Source: an uncultured virus (IMG/VR IMGVR_UViG_3300031996_000002) (Duplodnaviria > Heunggongvirae > Uroviricota > Caudoviricetes). From it: DNA of 64,000 nt. The stretch is taken from the IMG/VR virus record IMGVR_UViG_3300031996_000002. The stretch is one strand, 5' to 3'. Below the pieces are notes generated by a model. That model was given only the letters and a program-made list of their open reading frames with translations, was not told where the DNA came from and searched no databases. How positions within the stretch are numbered: the first letter of the stretch is position 1; every line of letters begins with the position of its first letter. Position numbers and translations under genes: made by a program. This document shows positions 18,906 to 28,374 of this stretch, in pieces.

Positions 18906-21900
18906 CTATCCTCTCGGCCCTGAGAAGGACTGGGTGAATGGCTTCGGGCCGGATGCCTGTTGGGACCCGGTGTCCGGCCCGGAGCCGCTCTGACCGGCGG
19001 TGAGCGGCCCGGCGTACCAGACGTCGATGTCCTTGGTGACGGTGCCGATGATGAAGGAGTCCAGCACGCCCTCGGCGCCCAGGGCCGAGGCCAGCGTGCG
19101 GGTCACCACCACGTCGCCGGTCAGGGTCCCCTCCCCGGTCAGCGTGGACAGCAGCGTGTTGCGCTGGTCCAGGGCCGACTCCAGGAAGCCCTCGGCGATG
19201 AAGTCCGAGACCAGCCGCACCGTCAGCGTGCTGACCAGGGTGCCCTCTGCGTCGAATGCGGCGTTGGCGAACTTGGTCGGGATCAGCGTCGAGATGGTCA
19301 GCGACGTGACGATGCCAGCCAGCGCATCGGTGGCTCCAGCGGCCTGATCCGGGGCACCCACCGTGAAGGCAGCCCCCACCGTGGCGGCACCGGCGGTCTG
19401 CACCTGGGAGTAGAGGTTGATCGGCAGCCCGGCGATGACCACCCCGGCGTCGAGCATCGAGAAGCCGAGCGAGAGCCCCAGTGCTCCGCTGGTGGCCCCG
19501 ACCACCGCGCTGGACGAGCTCGCCGTCAGGTTCAGCGTCCCGGCGGTGATGCCCTCCTCCAGGGAGGTCAGCGAGGCGGTAAACCCCAGCATGCCGGTGG
19601 TCGGAATGATCTTGATGACCGTGGAGGTGACCAGGGCGATGTTGACCCCGGCGGTCAGGCCGGTGGTGATGCCGAACTCGGTCGAGCTGGCCGAGGCGGT
19701 GAACCCAGCGACCCCGTCGATGACGCCGTATGCCGTGGAAGCCAGCGAGGAGGTCAGCGGCAGCGTGCCGGTGGGCGTCGCATAGGAGGTCACCGAGGAG
19801 CACTGCAGGGCGGCGGTGAAGCCGACCTGACCGGAGGCGATGAACCAGACGTTTCCGGTCGCGCCTACCGCCATCGGCAGCGAGCCGGTGGTGGTCAGGA
19901 CCGTCGATCCGCCGCTTGACCCGGTGGTGACCGAGAAGTCATCCCAGTAGCTGGTGGCGAAGTTAGCCCCGGACCCGTAGCCGTTGTTGCCAACGCGGAA
20001 GCCCGCCTTGGTTGCCGTCAGGTTGAAGGAGTCAGTGGTGGTGGCGACCGTAGCTCCGTTGACCACCAGCGAGATGCTGCTGCCGTTGAACACCAACTTG
20101 GCGACGTCGCCCGCCTGCACCGCCGGGCCCGTGCTGTTGATCTGCGTGTAGGAGCCAGCGACCCTCTTGAACAGCCGCCACGCCCCCGTGGGGTCGGCGT
20201 GACCGAGCCAGTAGTTGTTGTCGTCGCTGTACCGACCAACAAGGCTGCAGTCCGCGCCGAGCCCCCCGGTGAGAGTGGCTTGCACCGTGCAGTCGGATAC
20301 CCCCGCGTTGAGCGTGATGCATGGATCCCCTACCGCGCCCGACTTGAGCTGCAGCTGATTCGAGACGACAGCGGCGTAGTTGAAGCTCGTGGGCGACCAG
20401 ACATGTCCGCTGGAGGAGGTGCCCAGACCCGCAGCGATGTCGGCCCGGTTGAAGTTGTCCGACGGAAGGGTGGTGCTGGTGGTGGCTGCCAGGTAATGCG
20501 CGGACAACCGAGAGGTGCTCAGCGACGAGTAGACCGCCATCTCGTCCACGACTGCGCGGGCATAGCCGTACTGCGGGGCGGCATACCGGGCGAACAGTCG
20601 GGTCGAGGCGGATGTGGTGGGGACCGATCCCGCCGAGGCCACCGATCCGAGGGACGAACCGTTGACGTAGAAGGTGACGAACGCGGATGTCTTGATCACC
20701 GCCAGGTGGTAGATGACCCCAGCGGTCGGCGACCACGGCATCTGGTGGTCGTGGAAGCTGCCGTCGTTGTATCCGAAGATCAGCGCCGTGCCGGTGCCCA
20801 GGTTGCCCCAGAAGAAGTAGAACTTGGAGTTGGCCTGCTCGATGAAGTAGTGCCAGTCCGCCTGGTTCGTGGTGGTGGTGGCGCTGTCGAACTTCACCAG
20901 CAGCTCGATGGCGAGGTTCTGGCCACCGCCGGTGTCCAGTGGCTTGCCGCTGGCTGTCACGGAGATGCTGTCGCCGTTGGTCCCGTTGCTACCGCCACCC
21001 AGGTAGCCGGGCCAGAAGGCGGTGTCGGTGTCGCCCACCAACAGGCCGGGCTTGGAGGTGCCGCGGACATCGATGGCCCCGGCGCTTGTCTGGCCGTTCG
21101 ACCCGTGGCCGCTGCTGTCCGCGATGGCGGTGCCGGTCTTCTCGCCCAGCCGCCAGTACGCCAGCGGGGAGTCCGCCATCACCGCGTCGCGGTAGGGGCC
21201 AAGGAGATACGAGGTGGTCAGCACCTCGACGTACTGGCCCTCCGCCACGGCAGCAGGGGTGCTGGTCGTCAGTGCCTCGACGTACTGGCCCTCGACCGCC
21301 GCCGCTGGGGTGCCAACGGTGAGCGCCTCAACGTACTGGCCGTCCAGCAGGGCGCCGGTCGCGTCCCCGACGAGCAGCAGCATGTCGAAGACGTTGGAGA
21401 CGGTGCCTGAACCGGTGTTCTCGACACCCAGGTTGATGGTGGTCGCGGCATTCACCGCCTGGTACACCACCGCGCTGGTTCCGCCGACGTAGTCCCTGAA
21501 ATCGGCAGTCGTCCATCCTGTGTTGGTGGACGCCGGGTAGGCGATCGTTGGCGAGTGAACGATCGCGCTCAGCAGCCCCAGCGCAAGACCGCCACCAGAG
21601 GCCACGGTCGGGTGCTGCCGGGTCGTCCCCACTGGTATGGAGGCCATGCCGGTGTACGTGGACGGGTCAACAAAGAGCACGTTGGTGTTGGGCAGCCCAC
21701 GGACAAGCAGCAGGCCCCACGTGCCGGGTACAGAGCTGCTGGTGATCGTGACCGACCCCGCAGCGGTGGCTCCGGTGCCGACGCGCACCACGCTGGTGTA
21801 GCCGATTCCCGTGGTGTCCTGTGCCGCCAAAGCCCACGTGGCGCCTAGTCCGCTGCACGCGATGTTGAGGCCGCCGGTGGCGTTGCCGACCATGAAGACG

Positions 21901-21998
21901 TAGTCCCCGGTCTGCGGGGTGGTCGTCAGGGTGACGGTGCGGGTGGTGGCGTTGGCGGCGTCAGAGACGAAGACGGCCTCGACAACCGAAACGGCCAT
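18906..21998 (-). CDS. tail fibre / receptor-binding protein with LamG (concanavalin A-like) domain
   Basis: DSPLAYWRLGE...YHLAV...FYVNGS...VDEMAVY LamG signature; second lectin-like module; Thr/Gly/Ala-rich C-terminal stalk. Confidence 0.75.
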   Translation of the reverse strand: MAVSVVEAVFVSDAANATTRTVTLTTTPQTGDYVFMVGNATGGLNIACSGLGATWALAAQDTTGIGYTSVVRVGTGATAAGSVTITSSSVPGTWGLLLVRGLPNTNVLFVDPSTYTGMASIPVGTTRQHPTVASGGGLALGLLSAIVHSPTIAYPASTNTGWTTADFRDYVGGTSAVVYQAVNAATTINLGVENTGSGTVSNVFDMLLLVGDATGALLDGQYVEALTVGTPAAAVEGQYVEALTTSTPAAVAEGQYVEVLTTSYLLGPYRDAVMADSPLAYWRLGEKTGTAIADSSGHGSNGQTSAGAIDVRGTSKPGLLVGDTDTAFWPGYLGGGSNGTNGDSISVTASGKPLDTGGGQNLAIELLVKFDSATTTTNQADWHYFIEQANSKFYFFWGNLGTGTALIFGYNDGSFHDHQMPWSPTAGVIYHLAVIKTSAFVTFYVNGSSLGSVASAGSVPTTSASTRLFARYAAPQYGYARAVVDEMAVYSSLSTSRLSAHYLAATTSTTLPSDNFNRADIAAGLGTSSSGHVWSPTSFNYAAVVSNQLQLKSGAVGDPCITLNAGVSDCTVQATLTGGLGADCSLVGRYSDDNNYWLGHADPTGAWRLFKRVAGSYTQINSTGPAVQAGDVAKLVFNGSSISLVVNGATVATTTDSFNLTATKAGFRVGNNGYGSGANFATSYWDDFSVTTGSSGGSTVLTTTGSLPMAVGATGNVWFIASGQVGFTAALQCSSVTSYATPTGTLPLTSSLASTAYGVIDGVAGFTASASSTEFGITTGLTAGVNIALVTSTVIKIIPTTGMLGFTASLTSLEEGITAGTLNLTASSSSAVVGATSGALGLSLGFSMLDAGVVIAGLPINLYSQVQTAGAATVGAAFTVGAPDQAAGATDALAGIVTSLTISTLIPTKFANAAFDAEGTLVSTLTVRLVSDFIAEGFLESALDQRNTLLSTLTGEGTLTGDVVVTRTLASALGAEGVLDSFIIGTVTKDIDVWYAGPLTAGQSGSGPDTGSQQASGPKPFTQSFSGPRG
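21215..21350 (-). repeat. three 51-nt tandem coding repeats (GQYVE[A/V]LT)
   Basis: CGTACTGGCC recurring at 51-nt period. Confidence 0.75.
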
Positions 21999-22993
21999 CA
22001 GACGACCTCGACGCCTGCCTCCAGAGCGTTGACCCCGGAGACGGTCCAGGCTGCGGAGGTGGCCGGGTCGGTGGTCCGCAGGGTGCTCACCGTGGTGTCG
22101 CTGGTGCTCAACGAGACGGCGGTCCCGGTGACGACCGTGGCCCCCGACTTGGACACCGTGCGCACGCTGCGGGCACCCGCGTCGGTCTTGCGCACCACCA
22201 CGTTGTTCTGCACCCCGAGCACCTGCGCGGTGCCCGCCAGCAGGTCGGTCAGGGCGTACAGGTCACGCTGGCCGGAGGTGGCGCTGGAGTTGTAGTCCGT
22301 GGTGGAGAAGGGCAGCTCGTTGACGTTGTCCCAGTTGTTCGCCGACCCCGTGGGAACCCACTGGGTGGAAGAGCCAGCAGCGTTGGGGGTCAGGGTCTGC
22401 ACCCGCACGTCACCGAGGAAGGTGTTGTTGGTGGTCCCGGTGGCGTCGCAGATGTAGAAGTCGTCGAATGAGCAGGCGGGGTTGTTGCCGCCGCGCCACA
22501 ACTGCACCGTGTCAATGTTGGTGCTGGTCCCACCGTTTCGGGTGTCACCGGTGAAGTTGATGACCTCGGTGCCGTTGATCCGGATGATGCAGGTGCCGCC
22601 GGTGTCGGCGATGGTGGCCGACACCTCCCAGTACTGCCACCCGTTCGCCGTCTCGCCGTAGGGGTTGGCGGCGGTCGTGATCTGGGTACCCGCCCGGCCC
22701 AGCCAAACCTGCCCGCCACCGGAACTGATGCGCAGGTGCTCGGTAGCCCCGACGTCTCCGCTGAGGATGAAAATCTGCGAACTGCCGCCAGCAGCGTTCG
22801 AAACGGATGGAGTCGTGTAGGCGAAGCCGCAGAAGACCTGAGCGGAAGGCGTGATGGACTTCTTGAGGCCGTTACTGGTGATCGACACGGAACTTCCGCC
22901 GAACCGGCCAGTTGCGGTGGCGGCAATGCCCGCGAGGGTGTACTTAGTCGCGTAGTCACCGGCATCGAAGCCGTCCATGAACAGCAGCGCCAT
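21998..22993 (-). CDS. virion structural protein (lectin-like fold)
   Basis: MALLFMDGFD start and FDDFYICD..G...NTFLGDVRV motif seen in phage virion proteins; TGATG coupling to the fibre gene. Confidence 0.65.
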   Translation of the reverse strand: MALLFMDGFDAGDYATKYTLAGIAATATGRFGGSSVSITSNGLKKSITPSAQVFCGFAYTTPSVSNAAGGSSQIFILSGDVGATEHLRISSGGGQVWLGRAGTQITTAANPYGETANGWQYWEVSATIADTGGTCIIRINGTEVINFTGDTRNGGTSTNIDTVQLWRGGNNPACSFDDFYICDATGTTNNTFLGDVRVQTLTPNAAGSSTQWVPTGSANNWDNVNELPFSTTDYNSSATSGQRDLYALTDLLAGTAQVLGVQNNVVVRKTDAGARSVRTVSKSGATVVTGTAVSLSTSDTTVSTLRTTDPATSAAWTVSGVNALEAGVEVV

Positions 22994-23019
22994 GGCTGCC
23001 TCCCTTCTGCCGCAGCAGA

Positions 23020-23418
23020 TTAGGCCGCGGAGACCGGGCCGACCCCGATGGAGACCTTGATCTGTCCCTGGGAGGCCAGCACCTGGGAGGAGGACAGCGC
23101 GTTGGAACAGCGGATCGTCCCGGCGGTCGCGGCATTCCAGGCGGCGAAGTGGGTGTAGGTCCCGGTCGGCACGTCGAAGGTCACCTGGTTGGACCAGGCC
23201 ACCCCGATGGTGGCGGGCTGGGCGGTGGCGCCCATCGGGCCCACCGCACCAGAGGCGTTGAAGGTCACCGCCTGACGGGCGTATGCCGGGGAGCCACCGG
23301 TGGCCTCGGCGGTGCCGGTGGTGCCGGGGTTGGAGGTGTGCAGGCTCATGTAGGTGATCCGAGCAGCCTCCTGGTCGGCCAGGTAGTTGCGCTCGGCGTC
23401 GGTGTAGACGGCAGCCAT
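23020..23418 (-). CDS. small minor tail protein
   Basis: SLHT..PG..G..E..GG...YAR....F motif shared with four paralogues. Confidence 0.65.
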   Translation of the reverse strand: MAAVYTDAERNYLADQEAARITYMSLHTSNPGTTGTAEATGGSPAYARQAVTFNASGAVGPMGATAQPATIGVAWSNQVTFDVPTGTYTHFAAWNAATAGTIRCSNALSSSQVLASQGQIKVSIGVGPVSAA

Positions 23419-23431
23419 GGAAAGTCTCCTG

Positions 23432-23770
23432 TTAGACCTGGGTGAAGGTGAACGTGACCTGGAGCGTGCCCCCGGTCGGGAAGGCCTGGCTGACTACGGT
23501 GTTGCCGTCCAGGTAGGCCCCACCGGTCAACGCGGTGTGCACGCCGGTGCCCACCACCGTGGTCCCGGTGGGGATGTCGAAGGTGGCAGTGGCGGTGATC
23601 GCCCCGTTGGCCGGAGCCGACCAGCTCAGCGACTTGCGGGCGAAGGTACCGCCGGTGGGTTCGGTGCCCGCGGCGCTGCCCGGGGCCGTGGTGTAAACAG
23701 TTCCGAACAGGGCCTGGGCAGCGTAGTCCGAGGCGAGAGTGTTCTTCATCGTCGCGGTCTTGATGGCCAT
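23432..23770 (-). CDS. small minor tail protein
   Basis: paralogue of the adjacent gene (TEPTGGTFARK..W, FDIPTG); AAGGAG RBS. Confidence 0.65.
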   Translation of the reverse strand: MAIKTATMKNTLASDYAAQALFGTVYTTAPGSAAGTEPTGGTFARKSLSWSAPANGAITATATFDIPTGTTVVGTGVHTALTGGAYLDGNTVVSQAFPTGGTLQVTFTFTQV

Positions 23771-23827
23771 ACGGCTCCTTACAGAGTGGATCTACCGTCA
23801 TCGTATGGATGGCAGGAAGGCAGGCAG

Positions 23828-24406
23828 ATGAACGACGACCTCCCCTTCGGGGACGACGCAAGGCTGTACGCCACCGGGGAGCACGAGGGCATCCGGTGGG
23901 CGGTCTACTACCGTGACGCGCCCGGCTTCGAGGGCTTCAACGGCTACGCCCAGCTCCCGGCGGGTCATCCCTGGTTGGCCATCGGGGACTATGACAACCT
24001 GCCGGTGCAGGTGCACGGCGGGCTGACCTACGGCCCCAAGCCAAAGCGGGTCACGATGGACTTCACCGACGAGGAGATAGCTCAATGGGAGGCCGAGGGC
24101 GGTACCCCCTTCCCCCGGCAGCTGCTACGCCAGCACCACGAAGCCGTCGACACCGATGGTTGGATCGGCTTCGACACCGCTCACGCCGGTGACCTCTGGG
24201 AACACCAGGAACTAGCCAGTCTCGGCCGTGAGCCCAATTTCAAGTTCCGACACCTACTGCCGCCACCACCCAAGGAGGACCCATGGACGACTGTATGGAC
24301 GATGCAGCGACTGGAGCAGGAGGTGAGGAGCCTCTGCTCGCAGATCTCGTCATCCCGGGAGAGCCCTTCGTCTACAACGGCGAGTACCGAGGACACTCCG
24401 CCATGA
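23828..24406 (+). CDS. conserved phage hypothetical protein (VHGGLTY / IGFDxxH type)
   Basis: NGY..LP.GHPW...VHGGLTY...WIGFDTAHAGD. Confidence 0.65.
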   Translation: MNDDLPFGDDARLYATGEHEGIRWAVYYRDAPGFEGFNGYAQLPAGHPWLAIGDYDNLPVQVHGGLTYGPKPKRVTMDFTDEEIAQWEAEGGTPFPRQLLRQHHEAVDTDGWIGFDTAHAGDLWEHQELASLGREPNFKFRHLLPPPPKEDPWTTVWTMQRLEQEVRSLCSQISSSRESPSSTTASTEDTPP

Positions 24407-24585
24407 GCGACTACTCGCTGGTCAGCGGGATGATCGCCGGGGCCCTGCACACCGCGGCCACCCGGGTGCCGTACATGCTGGTCGAGATGGGCCACCAGCG
24501 CGGCGAGCTCAACTACACCAACCAGATCTTCCTCACCATCGGTGGCAAGCGCTACGTGGTGGAGGTTCGCCCCGAGAACTTCTAA
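24403..24585 (+). CDS. hypothetical protein
   Basis: ATGA overlap. Confidence 0.5.
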   Translation: MSDYSLVSGMIAGALHTAATRVPYMLVEMGHQRGELNYTNQIFLTIGGKRYVVEVRPENF

Positions 24586-24588
24586 GGG

Positions 24589-24617
24589 TTGAAAATAGCG
24601 TACAAATGTTGTACTAT
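24589..24617 (+). promoter_or_regulatory. sigma70/SigA-like promoter
   Basis: TTGAAA-17 nt-TACTAT in an AT-rich island; contains a GTACAA..TTGTAC dyad. Confidence 0.7.
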
Positions 24618-24620
24618 TAA

Positions 24621-24721
24621 GGCATCGCCCCGATCCACGTCGGCGTTCCTACAGGAAGCAGCGCTTAGACGCGGGGTGGTTACCTGAAGTCTCAGGCCCC
24701 GGAATCGCCTCCGGGGCCTTT
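24621..24721 (+). ncRNA. candidate structured small RNA or attenuator leader
   Basis: directly after the promoter; ATCGCCCCG/CGGGGTGGT stem enclosing CGTC/GACG and TTCC/GGAA; ends in a 10-bp stem followed by T residues. Confidence 0.5.
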
Positions 24722-24754
24722 GTCATGTCCGGACGCAGAGAAAGAGAGTCATCC

Positions 24755-25498
24755 ATGATGCACGTGCCCGTCTTCAGCGGTGAGGTCACCGAGGAGAACC
24801 TCGCCCAGGCCACCGAGTCGGTGGCGCTGTCCCAGGTGGTGATGTTCCGGCACTGGGAGGCCCTGGTCGAGAGCATCGCCAGGCTGTGCCGGGACTTCAA
24901 CGTGCCCGAGGAGCTGGCCAAGCACATGGCCGACTTCGCCTCGCACTGCACCACCGCGGCCCAGGAGCACTACTGGGACACCGCGATGGCCACCATGGCG
25001 ATACGGGCCTGGGTGGAGGCGGTCGAGGAGCCGGAGCGGACCAAGCGCAAGGTCGCGGCCTTCGAGGAGGTGCTCAAGGCCAAGTACAAGGTGGCGGCCT
25101 GCCACAGCGACGAGGACCTGGGCGCCGTGATGGCCGAGTGGGACTGGTCGGAGTCCACCGAGAACGCCGACGAGTTCCTGGCCTCCCTGCTGGCCGAGCA
25201 GGAGCCGCTGCCTCCGGAGCTTCAATCCCTGCTGGACTCGGTGCCCGCCCCGATCCACGACGCGGTGGAGAAGCTCCTGCGCGAGAAGAGGCAGGAGCTG
25301 CTGGACATGCCGAAGGGCAAGTCCTTCGCGGCCATGATCGCGGTCAACCCCGAGACCGGGGAGGTCAAGCTGGTCAACGCGATGCAGGTGGACGCCCCCA
25401 AGGCGATTCGACGCAAGCCCAAGCCCACCGGCAGCCCCAAGTCCCGTCTGGACGACATGATCGGCCACCTGCGGCCCGAGGATGACGAAAAAGGTTAG
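24755..25498 (+). CDS. hypothetical helical protein
   Basis: long ORF with GC3-biased codons. Confidence 0.65.
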   Translation: MMHVPVFSGEVTEENLAQATESVALSQVVMFRHWEALVESIARLCRDFNVPEELAKHMADFASHCTTAAQEHYWDTAMATMAIRAWVEAVEEPERTKRKVAAFEEVLKAKYKVAACHSDEDLGAVMAEWDWSESTENADEFLASLLAEQEPLPPELQSLLDSVPAPIHDAVEKLLREKRQELLDMPKGKSFAAMIAVNPETGEVKLVNAMQVDAPKAIRRKPKPTGSPKSRLDDMIGHLRPEDDEKG

Positions 25499-25516
25499 AA
25501 AAAATCCTCAGATCGC

Positions 25517-25560
25517 TTGCAAATAGCCCTTAAAAAGGGCTAAAATAGAGGTACACGGCG
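25517..25560 (+). promoter_or_regulatory. sigma70/SigA-like promoter with palindromic spacer
   Basis: TTGCAA-18 nt-TAAAAT; TAGCCCTT-AAA-AAGGGCTA dyad at 25524-25542. Confidence 0.7.
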
Positions 25561-25645
25561 CAGCCATGCCCTTCATCTACGGGGCGTGGTTGCGCCGTTC
25601 TCATTTCCACCCAACCCAGCAGACTCCCAGAGAGAGGGAACCACC

Positions 25646-25987
25646 ATGAACGAGCGTCCCACCATCAAGCTGAGCAACGCCGCCAAGTCCTTCGGGTCCG
25701 GCGCCAAGAGCGTCTTCAACGCCATCGGCGAGGCCGTCATCGCGGCCGCGGATGCCAGCGCCGAGCGCAGTGCCCAGATCCAGCTGCTGGAGGTCCAGAT
25801 GCGTGACCTGGACCGCCAGATCACTGAGCTGGGCGGCAAGTCCCGGATGAACAACGGCCACAACATCTGGTCCCCCACCCGGCAGGGCCACCTGTTCACC
25901 TGCCCGGCCCAGTGCCAGGTCAGGCACTGCCCCACCTGCGGCAACCAGGCCCGGGTCAGCACCCCGTTCTGCTGGGACCACAGCTGA
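25646..25987 (+). CDS. hypothetical protein (coiled coil + Cys-rich tail)
   Basis: ORF after the promoter; CPAQC..CPTC..CWDH. Confidence 0.55.
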   Translation: MNERPTIKLSNAAKSFGSGAKSVFNAIGEAVIAAADASAERSAQIQLLEVQMRDLDRQITELGGKSRMNNGHNIWSPTRQGHLFTCPAQCQVRHCPTCGNQARVSTPFCWDHS

Positions 25988-26016
25988 ACCAACCAACCAG
26001 ACAGACAGGACGACAG

Positions 26017-26358
26017 ATGGACATCGATCCCTACGCGGCCCCCAACCCCTATGACGACGGGGAACGGGACCGCTTTTTCATGTGGGCCAACGAGGACGAG
26101 ATGGTCGTGCACCTCATCGGCCGTGGCGTACTCGTCGGCGAGCACAAGGTCGAGAAGGGCACCGTGTTGCCGCAGAACGAGCACATGGTCGGCAAGAAGG
26201 ACATGCTCTTCATGCTCGACGGCGGCGGCCACGCCTGGTACCACGAGGTCATGGGGAACTTCTCCTACGAGAAGAACACCGCGGCCTTCACCAAGTGGCT
26301 CGGCACCCGCCGGGTCATCAAGGTTCCACCGCAGCACCAGACCGCAGTGGCGGTCTGA
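26017..26358 (+). CDS. hypothetical protein
   Basis: AGGA RBS after the CCAACCAGACAGAC leader. Confidence 0.6.
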   Translation: MDIDPYAAPNPYDDGERDRFFMWANEDEMVVHLIGRGVLVGEHKVEKGTVLPQNEHMVGKKDMLFMLDGGGHAWYHEVMGNFSYEKNTAAFTKWLGTRRVIKVPPQHQTAVAV

Positions 26359-26440
26359 ACCAAACCAGTCCCTTGTAGTGAAGGAGCACGTCCATGAACA
26401 CCGTCCCCACCATCCTCGGCAAGGCCTGAAGGAGATCACG

Positions 26441-26608
26441 ATGAACACCAAGCAGGTTCGTCGGGCCACTCAGCAGGCCCACCGCGTCGAGTCCGGTTCC
26501 ACCTACGCCATGCTCTTCCTGTTCCTCGGCGCGGTCATGCTCGGCGTCGCGGTGCTGCTGCACGGCATCTTCGGCATCGTCTCCGATCTACTCACCGGGG
26601 TGATCTGA
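26441..26608 (+). CDS. small membrane protein
   Basis: AAGGAG RBS; one long hydrophobic helix. Confidence 0.55.
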   Translation: MNTKQVRRATQQAHRVESGSTYAMLFLFLGAVMLGVAVLLHGIFGIVSDLLTGVI

Positions 26609-26609
26609 G

Positions 26610-26834
26610 ATGGCGAACACCTCGTGGAACCGCCAGCGCAAGCTGATGGAGCGGGAGCGGGCCATCCGCCGCTCCATCGAGATCCGCCGGGAGCGGGAGG
26701 TGCTGCGGAACCTTCTAACGCACTGCCGCCCCGGTGACCCGTTCGTGCGGGTCTACTACCAGGCGCTGAACCACCTGCGCGAGGAGAGCGTGACACTCTC
26801 GATCGCCATGCATCCGGCAGGTTCAGCGCTGTAA
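26610..26834 (+). CDS. basic hypothetical protein
   Basis: directly follows the previous gene. Confidence 0.5.
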   Translation: MANTSWNRQRKLMERERAIRRSIEIRREREVLRNLLTHCRPGDPFVRVYYQALNHLREESVTLSIAMHPAGSAL

Positions 26835-27006
26835 GAACCTGGCCATCTCCTCGGCCAGGGGAGTGTCTTTTCCCGAGCACTCCTGTTGGGCCCCAGCCAT
26901 TCAAGGGGGGATGGCTGGGGCCCTTCACCTGTCGCTCGGCATGGGCAGGATCGCACCACCAACCAGTAGAACTCTAGAGAGAGTCAACCAGAAAGAGAGC
27001 AACACC

Positions 27007-28035
27007 ATGATCAACATCGCCATCCAGGCAGCACGTCTGGCTCCGCTGGCCGCCAAGGCGGCTCCGCACATCCCCACCGCGATCAAGGTCGCCAAGGGCG
27101 TCGGCGTCGTTGTGGCGGCCGACATCGTGATCAACGAGTCGCTGCGTGCCTGGGCCAAGGCCAAGCTCGCCGAGAAGGTCGAGCGTCCGGAGACCTTCGA
27201 GGTCAAGCGGCCGCTGTGGAAGAAGATGACCAACACCCACGCCGACGAGACGTACGGGCAGGGGGTCAAGCGTCGGTCCCGGCTGATCTGGGACATCGTC
27301 TGCTACGGGGTGGGGGATGCGCTGAGCATCCTCAACCTGTTCACCTTCAAGCTCGCCAAGGTCGTCCTGTTCGTGGTGGGCAACCTGGCGCTGGTGGTCT
27401 GCACCGTGGTGGTGCTGATCCCGCTGCTGCTGGCCAAGCTGGTGGGGCTGTCCTGGGACAAGTTCCTGGTGGCCTACTCCGGCTGCCTGTCGGTGCTCTC
27501 CACGGTGCTCTACGCGCCGGGTCGGGCAGCGCGGGTGATCGACCGGATCTTGGAGCGGACCGCGACCAGGCTGCAGGCTGGTCGCACGGCTGTCCCGCTG
27601 CTGGCCAAGCTCTCCGAGCGATTCACGGCTAGGTTCAAGAACATGGCCAGCGACTGGCTGAACGAGGACGGCATCGAGGTCTTCACCACCACCGAGCCCG
27701 ACAGCGAGCCTGTCACCGAGCCCGCCGTCGTTGAGGTGGAGGTCGAGGAGATGGTCAAGTCGTCACAGGACGAGCGTGAGTCGCAGATGGCCGACATCCA
27801 CCACATCGTGGTGCTACTCACCCTGGACGTGAAGAAGGCTCGGACCAACCCGAAGGCCTACGGCGCCGAGCTGTACGCCCAGACGGTCTCCGAGTCCTCC
27901 CACGAGGAGGCCATGCGGGCCCGCAAGTCCGGGCTGCCCAAGCGACTGCGCGACGGTGGCCTGGTCGCCCGCGACGTGACCCTGGTTCTGCAGGGCTTCG
28001 ACGAGGCGGCCTCCGCCATGGCAGGAAAGGAGTGA
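27007..28035 (+). CDS. membrane-associated hypothetical protein
   Basis: central hydrophobic segments; acidic linker. Confidence 0.6.
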   Translation: MINIAIQAARLAPLAAKAAPHIPTAIKVAKGVGVVVAADIVINESLRAWAKAKLAEKVERPETFEVKRPLWKKMTNTHADETYGQGVKRRSRLIWDIVCYGVGDALSILNLFTFKLAKVVLFVVGNLALVVCTVVVLIPLLLAKLVGLSWDKFLVAYSGCLSVLSTVLYAPGRAARVIDRILERTATRLQAGRTAVPLLAKLSERFTARFKNMASDWLNEDGIEVFTTTEPDSEPVTEPAVVEVEVEEMVKSSQDERESQMADIHHIVVLLTLDVKKARTNPKAYGAELYAQTVSESSHEEAMRARKSGLPKRLRDGGLVARDVTLVLQGFDEAASAMAGKE

Positions 28036-28125
28036 CTCAACCGTAGGGCGGTAGGTCGTGCCCGGTCAGTGCCAGCGACGCCGGGCCGGGCATGACATCC
28101 ACCCCAACCAGACAGGAGAAAGCGC

Positions 28126-28374
28126 ATGAGCACCCAGCGCACCGTTCGCCACGTCATGGTGGCGATCGATACCGAGGGTCTGAGCGAGAAGGAGCATGAG
28201 CGCCGAGTCACCTGGGTGGAGAAGAACATCCAGGACGCGGGTCGCAACATTGAGTCCGCGTTCGTCACCATGGCGATCTACGACCAGGACAAGTCCCTGG
28301 TCGGCATCTTCGGGGCGGGAGGTACGCCCACCGAGGAGATCAGGGAGATCGCCGAAGAGATGTTCCATGGCTGA
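28126..28374 (+). CDS. hypothetical protein
   Basis: AGGAG RBS. Confidence 0.6.
   Translation: MSTQRTVRHVMVAIDTEGLSEKEHERRVTWVEKNIQDAGRNIESAFVTMAIYDQDKSLVGIFGAGGTPTEEIREIAEEMFHG

Noticed and set aside
18906..21998. Diversity-generating retroelement or invertible tail-fibre switch
   Set aside because: No reverse transcriptase, invertase, template/variable repeat pair or flanking inverted repeats were found by eye.
24621..24721. tRNA gene
   Set aside because: No cloverleaf, T-loop GTTC consensus or CCA end; kept only as an unclassified RNA candidate.
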